From a virus (taxonomy: Duplodnaviria > Caudoviricetes): DNA of 58,262 bases. Below the pieces are notes generated by a model. The model worked only from the letters and a program-made list of their open reading frames with translations. It was not told the DNA's origin and did no database searches. Where the stretch lies: IMG/VR virus record IMGVR_UViG_3300017783_000021, positions 1 to 58,262 of that record; one strand, written 5' to 3'. This document shows, piece by piece, positions 7,021 to 16,137 of this stretch; positions within the stretch are counted from its first letter, which is position 1, and every line of letters begins with the position of its first letter. A program made the position numbers and the translations under genes.

Positions 7021-10000
7021 ATGGATGCCTATAGAGATCGTCAAAAAGATGTCAAAGAAAATCCCGAAGCAGTAAAATTTGCAAACAAAGATGATAGTAA
7101 TATCACCGGCGAAAAACAAGTAAGTGCACCATCTGCTAAAGAACAATCTTTAGCATCACAAGCCGATAATATAGAAAAATTCTATAATGGAAGAAATCCT
7201 AACGTACTTCATTCTTATAATAGTTTCAATTATATTTTTACATTAAGAGCAATAACTAATGATCAATTAAAGGCTTCAAAATATCATTCAGCATTTCAGT
7301 CGTCTTCTGAATCTTCAAACAGTTATATCGTATTACGATCAGGCGGTTATGCTAGAGATAATTCGTTAGATGCATTTGGTGGCTCAGGCAAGGATATTGA
7401 CGGTGCTCCGAGTACTCCGGGTAATTTTAAAACAGGATCACAAAAAGGAAAAGATCTTTTTATTGATAACGTACAACTAGAAAATGTAATGGACCTAGGA
7501 ATACAAGGAACTAGTAATTTAGTAACTGGAAGATTTACTGTTACTGAACCTTATAGTGTCGGCGGGTTCTACGAAGAATTGTTCAATGGATCAAAATTTG
7601 CTGGACACCAGCATTATTTAGAGGCTCCGTTTTTATTATCTTTAGAATTTATAGGACATAAATTTGAAAAAGATAAATTAAAAACTGAACGGGTACCAAA
7701 AGCAACAAGACATTTTCCTATTAGATTTGTTAATTCAAGAATGAGTGTAAATGAAGCAGGATCAACATACAACGTTGAATTTTTTGCAGTTAATCATGAA
7801 GTTAGCAAAACCTTTAATGCAGTATTACCTGAAAACTTAGATGGACCAACGCAAAGTAATCCATCAGTTTCGAGCATACTAACCCATTTGTTTGTTGAGA
7901 TGAATACTGTACAACAATCATTACAAGATCAGTTAAAAGAAAAAAACAAAGAAACAGTTAAAGAGAATCCAGTTACTGAAGAAAACAAAACGGCAACGGC
8001 TAAGTTTGGCAAAGCCGCAGTTTTTCCGTTTCAACCTCACAAATATATGATTTGGTTTCCAGAAAGTTACAGTTTAGATATAGGCGATAACACACAAATG
8101 TCGTCTGACCCTGACATGGGACCAATGGTAAATCGTAATGTTGGCACTCCACCAGGAAAAAGCAAAATTATAATGTTTGACGCTTTGCTTAATAATGTAA
8201 CAAACGATCAGTTTGAAGCATGGAAAGGCTTTGCTACTCCTTTCTTACAACCTGAAATGGAAGAAGGAGTTAATAAAAAAGATTATCCTGAATATGAAAA
8301 AACATTGATCAACTCAAGCGATATTGCAAATTCAAGGATGCAATCTAGCGAGAAACAAACATACACTGGATTTTTTCATGTACCTAAATTGCAAGACAAG
8401 GTTGTGGAAGCAGACAAAAAAATTGAAGCAAAGAGAACAGAAGTAAATGAACTAATAAAAAACATGAGTGATGTTAGTCTGAAGGCGGCCGCCAAAAGAC
8501 GTTCTATAGAATTAGAATTAGAAAAATATTTTAAAATTCCTAAGAAACAACTAGACACTATTTTAGAAGGTGAAAAAGTTGCAAACGATGATCCTAGTCA
8601 AACACGAGCAACATTAACATACCAAAATTTTCAAGATGTTGATACAGACGGTGTAGACTCAAGAAGTAATGCACCTCCTCCGGAAAACGCGGCAATTGAT
8701 ACAGCAATTGAAAAAGTTAATAAACTCCGCGAAGAATATATGACAGAATTGTCAAATGTTGAAAAAGCAAAAGTTAAAGTTGATAAGGCAAAAGCAGAGT
8801 TAAAAGAATTAAGCGATCAAAAAGGTAAAGTTTACGAGGAGAAATATCAGCGTTATGGAGAAAGCAGGAATCGTTCTTGGCAATTTAAAAAAGGTACGTC
8901 ACTAGATGCTAACATAGATAAAATTATTTTTGATAGTGTATATTCTACAAAACTTGACGACGAAGCATCAGATGAATATAATCAAACAGGTTATATTAAT
9001 TGGTACAGGATTGAAAAAATAGCATTCGCTAGAGGGTTTGATACATATACAAATACTGAGGTATATGATTTTCATTATATTATACAACCTTTTAAAGTTC
9101 ATTATAGTTCGTTACCTATTCCACAGGATGTATACAACTATGATACAATGCGTGAATTAGCCGTAAGAGAATACAACTATATCTATACAGGAAAGAATTT
9201 AGATGTTTTAGAATTTAATCTTGATTTTAACAATGCATTCGCGGCCACAGCATTTTATAGAAAACAAGCAACAGCAGAAGGTGAACAAGGAACAGTTGCA
9301 CAAGAAACTGTAGCAATTAAACCACCTCCATTATCAGAGATACTTGTAGATCCTGCATCTAACAGAGTCGGCGCACAACGCCGCAAAGCCGCGGCAAAGT
9401 CTGCTAGTGCTACATCGACAGCACCTACAGCAAATAATGCCAGCGATACTGCTAAATTTTTACACGATGCATTATATAATACTCCGGGAGAAAAAGCATT
9501 AATACAATCAGAGATTAAAATAGCAGGAGATCCAGTCTATCTTTTAAGTAGCGGTGTTACTAGCAGAGCAGTCTTAGATGCTACAAATGTGGAAACAAAA
9601 TATGGCGAAGTTAATACATTTAGTAGAGAAGGAGATATTTTGTTTAGGTTTGGTACAGCAGAAGATTTGCCAACGTCAACAGAAATTGCATCTGGTAAAA
9701 GTACTATGTTGTTAGACGAAAGTGTTTATAGCGGATTGTACAAATTAATACGAGTAACAAGTAATTTTAATAATGGTGTGTTTACACAAGATTTAGAAAC
9801 ATTTAGACGTCCTAATCAAAAACAAGATTATGTTGAAAACAGACCAGTATCAGTAACTAAAAATGTTTCTCAAGCAGATGAAACCAAAGCACCAGCAAGT
9901 GAAGAAAATCAAGATAAAGGAAAAAAGAAACCAAAACTTAAATTGACACAAGAAGATTTAAAAAATCTTGCATATCATGGACCGGGTGCATTAGGAGGAA

Positions 10001-10257
10001 TTTCACAACAAGCAGTAGTAGAAATACCATCAGATGCATTAGGACTAAATCCAACTGCTTTAGGCGGATCAGTTTTTACTAGTGTATCACAAGCACAACA
10101 GGTAGCACAACAAATAGCCTCAGGAACATTTGATGCTAAAAGTTTTACACCTGAACTTGCTCAAACAGCAATTGAATCAGGAAAAGATAACTTAACAGAT
10201 GTCACAACAGGTACAGTTACTAGTGTACCTAGAGGCAGACAGGACATAGGACAATAA
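7021..10257 (+). CDS. Large baseplate hub protein (gp27/VgrG-like, with insertions)
   Basis: Between gp53 and gp5; C-terminal IKIAGDP...SGLYKLIRVTSNFNNGVFTQDL hub-like motif; internal coiled coil. Confidence 0.55.
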   Translation: MDAYRDRQKDVKENPEAVKFANKDDSNITGEKQVSAPSAKEQSLASQADNIEKFYNGRNPNVLHSYNSFNYIFTLRAITNDQLKASKYHSAFQSSSESSNSYIVLRSGGYARDNSLDAFGGSGKDIDGAPSTPGNFKTGSQKGKDLFIDNVQLENVMDLGIQGTSNLVTGRFTVTEPYSVGGFYEELFNGSKFAGHQHYLEAPFLLSLEFIGHKFEKDKLKTERVPKATRHFPIRFVNSRMSVNEAGSTYNVEFFAVNHEVSKTFNAVLPENLDGPTQSNPSVSSILTHLFVEMNTVQQSLQDQLKEKNKETVKENPVTEENKTATAKFGKAAVFPFQPHKYMIWFPESYSLDIGDNTQMSSDPDMGPMVNRNVGTPPGKSKIIMFDALLNNVTNDQFEAWKGFATPFLQPEMEEGVNKKDYPEYEKTLINSSDIANSRMQSSEKQTYTGFFHVPKLQDKVVEADKKIEAKRTEVNELIKNMSDVSLKAAAKRRSIELELEKYFKIPKKQLDTILEGEKVANDDPSQTRATLTYQNFQDVDTDGVDSRSNAPPPENAAIDTAIEKVNKLREEYMTELSNVEKAKVKVDKAKAELKELSDQKGKVYEEKYQRYGESRNRSWQFKKGTSLDANIDKIIFDSVYSTKLDDEASDEYNQTGYINWYRIEKIAFARGFDTYTNTEVYDFHYIIQPFKVHYSSLPIPQDVYNYDTMRELAVREYNYIYTGKNLDVLEFNLDFNNAFAATAFYRKQATAEGEQGTVAQETVAIKPPPLSEILVDPASNRVGAQRRKAAAKSASATSTAPTANNASDTAKFLHDALYNTPGEKALIQSEIKIAGDPVYLLSSGVTSRAVLDATNVETKYGEVNTFSREGDILFRFGTAEDLPTSTEIASGKSTMLLDESVYSGLYKLIRVTSNFNNGVFTQDLETFRRPNQKQDYVENRPVSVTKNVSQADETKAPASEENQDKGKKKPKLKLTQEDLKNLAYHGPGALGGISQQAVVEIPSDALGLNPTALGGSVFTSVSQAQQVAQQIASGTFDAKSFTPELAQTAIESGKDNLTDVTTGTVTSVPRGRQDIGQ

Positions 10258-10258
10258 T

Positions 10259-12118
10259 ATGGCAATCTTTAATAAAACACTAAAAGCAGGCGGCCAGATT
10301 AATGATGCAAAATCTGAAAAAATTGCGGAGTTGTCTTCAGGACCGGGACCGTATATGGCGAAGGTAATGAGCAATGCTGATTACACTAAACATGGTAGTT
10401 TGAGTGTTATACTATTGGGAAATGAAGACGGATTAACTGATGTTCTTTCTAGCAGAATTTCTTGTAGGGTAATGTTACCTTTCTATAGTGTAAAGGATTA
10501 TGAGAATGCTGGCGGCGATCCACAAAAATATGAAGATACTCAGCAAAGTTATGGTATGGTGTTTCCATCACCACAGGTAGGAACAAAAGGTCTTGTAATA
10601 TTCATTAATAAAAATATTGAACAAGCAGTATGGATTGGGTCATTAGCAGAACCAGAAATGAATCACCAGATACCTGACTATGCGGCCAAAACAGATATTG
10701 CAACTGATGATGACACTTATAATAATCTAAGTCCTGGTCCAGATGGATTACCTGTAGGAAATTATAATAAAAAGGCATTTGTTGGACAAACAGGTGACGA
10801 TAAAATTAAACACCCTGTTGCTGATATTGCATATAGATTAAAAGAACAAGGACTGTTAGCAGACAATATTAGAGGACTTACAACTAGTAGTGTTAGACGT
10901 GATGCAGTCGGACATATGTTTGGAATTAATACACCCGGCAGATATTCCGGTAAGGAAAAAATTGTTGGTGCAGAAAATGCAAAACTTAAAGTAACACAAA
11001 CCGGCGGCCACGTATTTGTAATGGATGATGGTGATTCTGTAGGAGAAAATAATTTAGTTAGATTAAGAACCAAAGCCGGACATCAAATTCTTTTACATGA
11101 TACAGATGATTTAATTTACATAGCAAATTCAAAAGGTACTGCTTGGATTGAATTATCATCAGAAGGTAAGATGGATGTATTCTGTGACGATAGTATTAGT
11201 ATGCGTACTCGAGGAGATTTTAATTTATTTGCTGATAGAGATTTTAACGTTGAAGCAAAAAGAAATATTAATTTAAAAGCGGCAAACTATTTTCAAGAAG
11301 AATCAAACCATCATAGACAGATAGTAAATGGTTCACAGAGGATAATGGTTAAAGGTAATAGTGATGTAAAAACACTAAACAGTCGATTAGATACAAACGA
11401 TTATCAAGTGAATACAAACAATTTAAGTATTGCAAATAGAATTGATACAAAAATACAAAGCGGTAATTTTGATCTTGCAACTACACTTGGTATTAGACAA
11501 ACCGCAGGAACTAGTGTAAACATAAAAGCAAATAGTTCAACAGCAATAACTGAAACATTTGTAGAATCTGATGTGTATAGTAAAGGATATACTACAACCT
11601 GGATTAACGATGATAACGAATTAAAGTTTTATCAAGCACTTAAACGAACACAAGATCCTGATTCTCTAGAAGCAAAAATTCCTAGTGATACAGATTACTG
11701 GGCCGAGTTTGCAGGGCCAACAAATAAAACTGGCGCCGGCAATGGGCAAATTAATATATCTACAACAGACAACGATATTTCGATCGATACTTCGGGTGCT
11801 AATGTTAATATTGAAACAGACAAAGTTGTTTACGTAGACGGTACTGAAGCAGTTCATCTTAATCTACCTGGACCTGGACCTAAGCCAACTATATCTGCTA
11901 ACGGGTCAGCACCAGCGGCTAGTAGGTTTATTGATCATCTAGGTGTAGTACAATTATGGGAAAAAGAAGTAACTGCCAAATGGGAAGGATACAACTATTA
12001 TAGATCTAGCACATTTGAATCTATACTAAAAAGAGTACCCACACATGAACCATATGATCAGCATGAGAATTTAAATATTGTTGCTGTTTCAAAACAAGCA
12101 ACGGATAGAGAGAAGTAG
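10259..12118 (+). CDS. gp5: Baseplate central spike, gp5/Vgr-like
   Basis: N-terminal OB-fold (SYGMVFPSPQVGTKGLVIF); GGHVFVMDD...GHQILLHD beta-helix repeats; no lysozyme domain recognised. Confidence 0.75.
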   Translation: MAIFNKTLKAGGQINDAKSEKIAELSSGPGPYMAKVMSNADYTKHGSLSVILLGNEDGLTDVLSSRISCRVMLPFYSVKDYENAGGDPQKYEDTQQSYGMVFPSPQVGTKGLVIFINKNIEQAVWIGSLAEPEMNHQIPDYAAKTDIATDDDTYNNLSPGPDGLPVGNYNKKAFVGQTGDDKIKHPVADIAYRLKEQGLLADNIRGLTTSSVRRDAVGHMFGINTPGRYSGKEKIVGAENAKLKVTQTGGHVFVMDDGDSVGENNLVRLRTKAGHQILLHDTDDLIYIANSKGTAWIELSSEGKMDVFCDDSISMRTRGDFNLFADRDFNVEAKRNINLKAANYFQEESNHHRQIVNGSQRIMVKGNSDVKTLNSRLDTNDYQVNTNNLSIANRIDTKIQSGNFDLATTLGIRQTAGTSVNIKANSSTAITETFVESDVYSKGYTTTWINDDNELKFYQALKRTQDPDSLEAKIPSDTDYWAEFAGPTNKTGAGNGQINISTTDNDISIDTSGANVNIETDKVVYVDGTEAVHLNLPGPGPKPTISANGSAPAASRFIDHLGVVQLWEKEVTAKWEGYNYYRSSTFESILKRVPTHEPYDQHENLNIVAVSKQATDREK

Positions 12119-12129
12119 TAAATAGCATT

Positions 12130-12564
12130 ATGGCAAAGTATACTGATATTGTAATAAAACCAAATCCTAATACTATCGGAAACGAAAGTAGACGAAGTAA
12201 CGTCTATAGAGGAATTAGCACAGTTAATCCTCAAACAACAACGTTTCAGTCTTATGATTTAGAGTTAATTAAGCAAGACCTTATTAATCATTTTAACATC
12301 CGCAAGGGAGAAAAAATATATAATCCTGAGTTTGGTACTATTATTTGGGACGCATTATTTGAACCGTTTACTGATCAAGTAAAAGAAGCAGTTTTAAATG
12401 ATGTAAAGCAGATTATTGATTCAGATCCGAGGGTTGATATTGATAGTTTAGCAATAGTAGAAAGAGATTATGGATTACAGGTACAATGTGTACTATTTTA
12501 TAATAAATTTGATGTATCAGAGGCATTACAATTTACATTTGATAAAGCAAACGCTCTGGGATAA
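12130..12564 (+). CDS. gp25: Baseplate wedge subunit gp25-like
   Basis: LIKQDLINHFNIRKGEKIYNPEFGT...DPRV. Confidence 0.9.
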   Translation: MAKYTDIVIKPNPNTIGNESRRSNVYRGISTVNPQTTTFQSYDLELIKQDLINHFNIRKGEKIYNPEFGTIIWDALFEPFTDQVKEAVLNDVKQIIDSDPRVDIDSLAIVERDYGLQVQCVLFYNKFDVSEALQFTFDKANALG

Positions 12565-12567
12565 AAA

Positions 12568-12605
12568 ATAAACTACGCACTTAATAAGGACAATAAATAC
12601 TGTTA
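12568..12605 (+). promoter_or_regulatory. Late promoter element copy 2
   Basis: ATAAACTACGCACTTAATAAGGACAATAAATACTGTTA ending on the A of the gp6 ATG. Confidence 0.7.
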
Positions 12606-15600
12606 TGGCAAGCACTGATGGACAAAATTCACTTTTAGCAAATCAAGATTGGGACAAAATCTACAAAGCATTTACGAATGCTGATTTTAGTTCTTACGAT
12701 TTCCCAACGTTGCGTAGAACTATGATTGCATATCTACGTGCAAACTATCCTGAAGATTATAACGATTTTATTGAATCAAGCGAATACCTTGCATTAATCG
12801 ATATGATTTCTTTCCTAGGGCAAAGTTTATCATATAGATTTGATTTAAATGCCAGAGAAAATTTTATCGAACTTGCTGAAAAGCGTGATAGTGTATTACG
12901 TTTAGCGAGATTAGTTGGATACAATCCTACAAGAAATACTCCATCAAATGGATTATTAAAAGTTGTTGGAGTTCAGACAACAGAAAATGTACAAGACAGT
13001 TTAGGAAACAATTTAGAAAACACATTTATTAATTGGAACGATGACACAAATAGTAATTGGTTAGAACAATTTCAAGTTGTTTTAAATTCTACTCTGCAAG
13101 GTGGTACAGTAATTGGAAAACCAAATCAAAGTGAAGTTATTGACGGTGCAACAGTAGAGCAATATAAAATTAATACACAGAATACAGATGTTCCTTTGTT
13201 TACATTCAGTAAAAATGTTACTGGAAGATCAATGCAGTTCGAAGTAGTAAGTGCCGGAATTGATGATGGAGCAATAGTTGAGGAAACTCCGTTGCCAGGA
13301 AGAATTCTTGGTATGTTGTATAAAAATGATAAACGTGGTAACAGTTCACCAAACACAGGATTTTTCTTTAATTTTAGACAAGGACAATTACAAAGTTCTC
13401 CGTTTACAGTTTCTGATCCTAGTCCAAATGAAATAGTTAACATTGATATTCCTGGAATTAATAATTCCGATGTTTGGTTATGGCAACTAGACAGAAACGG
13501 TCTACCTACAACTGAATGGACAAAATTAAATTCAATTTACGGAAGTAATGTAATTTATAATAGTGTAAACAAAAATATTAGAACACTTTATAATGTTACA
13601 ACTAGAGATGCTGATCAAATAAGTTTAAATTTTGCAGACGGAAGTTTTGGCGATTTACCTTTAGGTAGATTTAGAGTATATTACAGAACATCAAATGGCT
13701 TAACATATACTATCAGACCAAACGATATGCAAAACATTATTTTGCAAATTCCGTATTTTAATAAAAAAGGTCAAGGGCAAACTCTTACAATACAGTTAAG
13801 TTTAGAAGCAAGTTTAACAAATGCAAGTGCTACTGAAACAACTGCTGATATTAGAACAAATGCACCACAGAACTTTTATACACAAAATAGAATGATTACT
13901 GGTGAAGATTATAATTCATATCCGCTAACAGCAAGTAATAATGTTGTTAAAGTTAAATCAGTAAACAGAGTTAGTTCTGGAATTTCAAGACAATTTGAAA
14001 TACAAGATCCAACAGGAAAATACAGTGCTGTAAACTTAATAGCAGATGACGGAATACTTTATAAAAATCCGTATGATAGTGATTTCAACTTTACATTTCA
14101 AACACGAAATGATATTTTAGGTGTTATTAGAAATACTATCGAACCTGTTGTTAATAGTTTACCTACAAAAGCATTTTATTATGATAACTTTCCTAGAATT
14201 ATAACAAGTGATATTAATATTGATTGGGTAAGATCAACTGAGTCGTCAACAAACAGTACTGGTTATTTTAGAAATACAACTAATGCATCACCGATTACTG
14301 TTGGAACTTTCACTACAAACAATTTTAAATTTGTTAGTGCTGATAGTTTAGTTAAATTTGTTCCACCTACTGGAAAATACTTTTTAACTGACGGATCTTT
14401 AACAAGTACAAAAACAAAAGATAGTTTAAATTATATTTGGGCAAAAACAGTTCAAGTAAGCGGTGACGGTTCGAATGGCGGCGCCGGAAACTTAGATGAT
14501 GGTACAGGACCAATTGTGTTTAGTGAGAATATTCCTTCACTTGCAATACCAAGTGTTATTATTCCTAATATTGTAACAAACTTTCCAAGTGATTTAGAAT
14601 TGCAGTTAGTTGATTTAGTTTTTAATTACAAAACATTTGGTATACGTTACGATCAAGCAAACAAACAATGGAAAATTATTGTAAACGCTAACTTGAATAC
14701 CAAAGATGATTTTAGTTTAGAACGTCAAGGTGACACAACAGGGTCAAAACTTGATAAGAGTTGGTTTGTACTATTTGAAACAGACGGAGAAACTTATACA
14801 ATTACATATCGTGGCCTAGATTATAGATTTGAAAGTGAAAAACTTATTCAATTCTTTGTTGATAAAGGTATTAAAAAGTACGATAGCGAAACAGGACTAG
14901 TAATTAAGGACCAAGTAAAAGTATTAAAAGTTAACGAAGACCCTGTATTAGATAAAATTTTAGAAAAAGATTATCAGTGGGAAATTATTGGCGGTATTTT
15001 AAATGCTGACGGATTTGAAGAAGTTAATAAAGTAAGAGTCAATTTTTATGATTCTGACGATGACGGAATGATTGATGATCCGGATAGTTTTGTACAAATT
15101 GTAAATCCTACTAATATTGATGCAAGAGGATATAAAGATAAATTTGTATTCTTTAAAACAACTGTTAGTAACGGCATTACAACAACAACTAAAGTTCCGT
15201 CTACTAGTTTTGTAATTTTTGATAAAGAAGCAAACGTAAGTAGTTTAACTGGTTATGACAACGGACAGTTATTTTATTTTTACGATTCTAAAGAAGATAT
15301 TGTAAAGGTTTTTGACAGCGTTAGCGGTACATTAACATTAGATACATCATACTTTGCTAGAGCAGGTAGAGATGGATTAAAGTTTCAATACAATCATAAT
15401 GCACAGAATGATAGAAGATTAGATCCAGGTAAAACTAATATTATTGATTTGTATGTTTTAACAAGAGCATATGATCAAGATTATAGAGTTTTTGTAAACA
15501 ACGGAGGTATTGAACCAGTGAAACCAACAAGTGCTTCGTTAAGACTTGAACTAAATGGTGTATTATCTGGGGTTAAATCAATAAGTGACGAAATAATCTA

Positions 15601-16126
15601 TCATGCTGTAAATTACAGATCGTTGTTTGGGTCTAATGCAGATGCTTCTTTACAAGCAACATTTAAAGTTGTAAAAAGTGCAGGTAGCACAATAAGTGAT
15701 AATGAAATTAAAAGTAGAATTATTGATGCAGTAAATAGATTTTTTGTTATTGAAAATTGGGACTTCGGTGAAACATTTTATTTTACAGAATTAGCAACTT
15801 TTGTACAACAGGAAACTGCACCAGAAGTTGCAAACTTTGTTATAGTTCCAAGAAGTGGATCACAAGCATTTGGAAGTTTATATCAAATTAAATGTAGAGC
15901 AGATGAAATATTCATCAGTACAGCAAGTGTAGACAATGTAGAAATTATTGATCAAATTACAGCAAATAATTTGAAAGCAGATGGAAATGTAATTACATCT
16001 GTAGATGCTGGTGGAACAGTTTCTGTTTCTTCTAGCAGTGGAACAACTAGCAGTGGATCGACTACTAGCACTAATACAGGTGTAAGTTCAGGTTCAAGCG
16101 GATCTAGCGGTTCAAGTGGTTATTAA
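12605..16126 (+). CDS. gp6: Baseplate wedge subunit gp6-like
   Basis: DFPTLRRTM...DFIESSE...ARENFIELA...LARLVGYNP; FADGSFG; QNRMITGEDY; Ser/Gly-rich tail. Confidence 0.85.
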   Translation: MASTDGQNSLLANQDWDKIYKAFTNADFSSYDFPTLRRTMIAYLRANYPEDYNDFIESSEYLALIDMISFLGQSLSYRFDLNARENFIELAEKRDSVLRLARLVGYNPTRNTPSNGLLKVVGVQTTENVQDSLGNNLENTFINWNDDTNSNWLEQFQVVLNSTLQGGTVIGKPNQSEVIDGATVEQYKINTQNTDVPLFTFSKNVTGRSMQFEVVSAGIDDGAIVEETPLPGRILGMLYKNDKRGNSSPNTGFFFNFRQGQLQSSPFTVSDPSPNEIVNIDIPGINNSDVWLWQLDRNGLPTTEWTKLNSIYGSNVIYNSVNKNIRTLYNVTTRDADQISLNFADGSFGDLPLGRFRVYYRTSNGLTYTIRPNDMQNIILQIPYFNKKGQGQTLTIQLSLEASLTNASATETTADIRTNAPQNFYTQNRMITGEDYNSYPLTASNNVVKVKSVNRVSSGISRQFEIQDPTGKYSAVNLIADDGILYKNPYDSDFNFTFQTRNDILGVIRNTIEPVVNSLPTKAFYYDNFPRIITSDINIDWVRSTESSTNSTGYFRNTTNASPITVGTFTTNNFKFVSADSLVKFVPPTGKYFLTDGSLTSTKTKDSLNYIWAKTVQVSGDGSNGGAGNLDDGTGPIVFSENIPSLAIPSVIIPNIVTNFPSDLELQLVDLVFNYKTFGIRYDQANKQWKIIVNANLNTKDDFSLERQGDTTGSKLDKSWFVLFETDGETYTITYRGLDYRFESEKLIQFFVDKGIKKYDSETGLVIKDQVKVLKVNEDPVLDKILEKDYQWEIIGGILNADGFEEVNKVRVNFYDSDDDGMIDDPDSFVQIVNPTNIDARGYKDKFVFFKTTVSNGITTTTKVPSTSFVIFDKEANVSSLTGYDNGQLFYFYDSKEDIVKVFDSVSGTLTLDTSYFARAGRDGLKFQYNHNAQNDRRLDPGKTNIIDLYVLTRAYDQDYRVFVNNGGIEPVKPTSASLRLELNGVLSGVKSISDEIIYHAVNYRSLFGSNADASLQATFKVVKSAGSTISDNEIKSRIIDAVNRFFVIENWDFGETFYFTELATFVQQETAPEVANFVIVPRSGSQAFGSLYQIKCRADEIFISTASVDNVEIIDQITANNLKADGNVITSVDAGGTVSVSSSSGTTSSGSTTSTNTGVSSGSSGSSGSSGY

Positions 16127-16137
16127 TAGGAACACCA

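Noticed and set aside
16010-16123. Ser/Gly-rich low-complexity stretch
   Set aside because: Coding C-terminal tail of gp6, not a DNA repeat element
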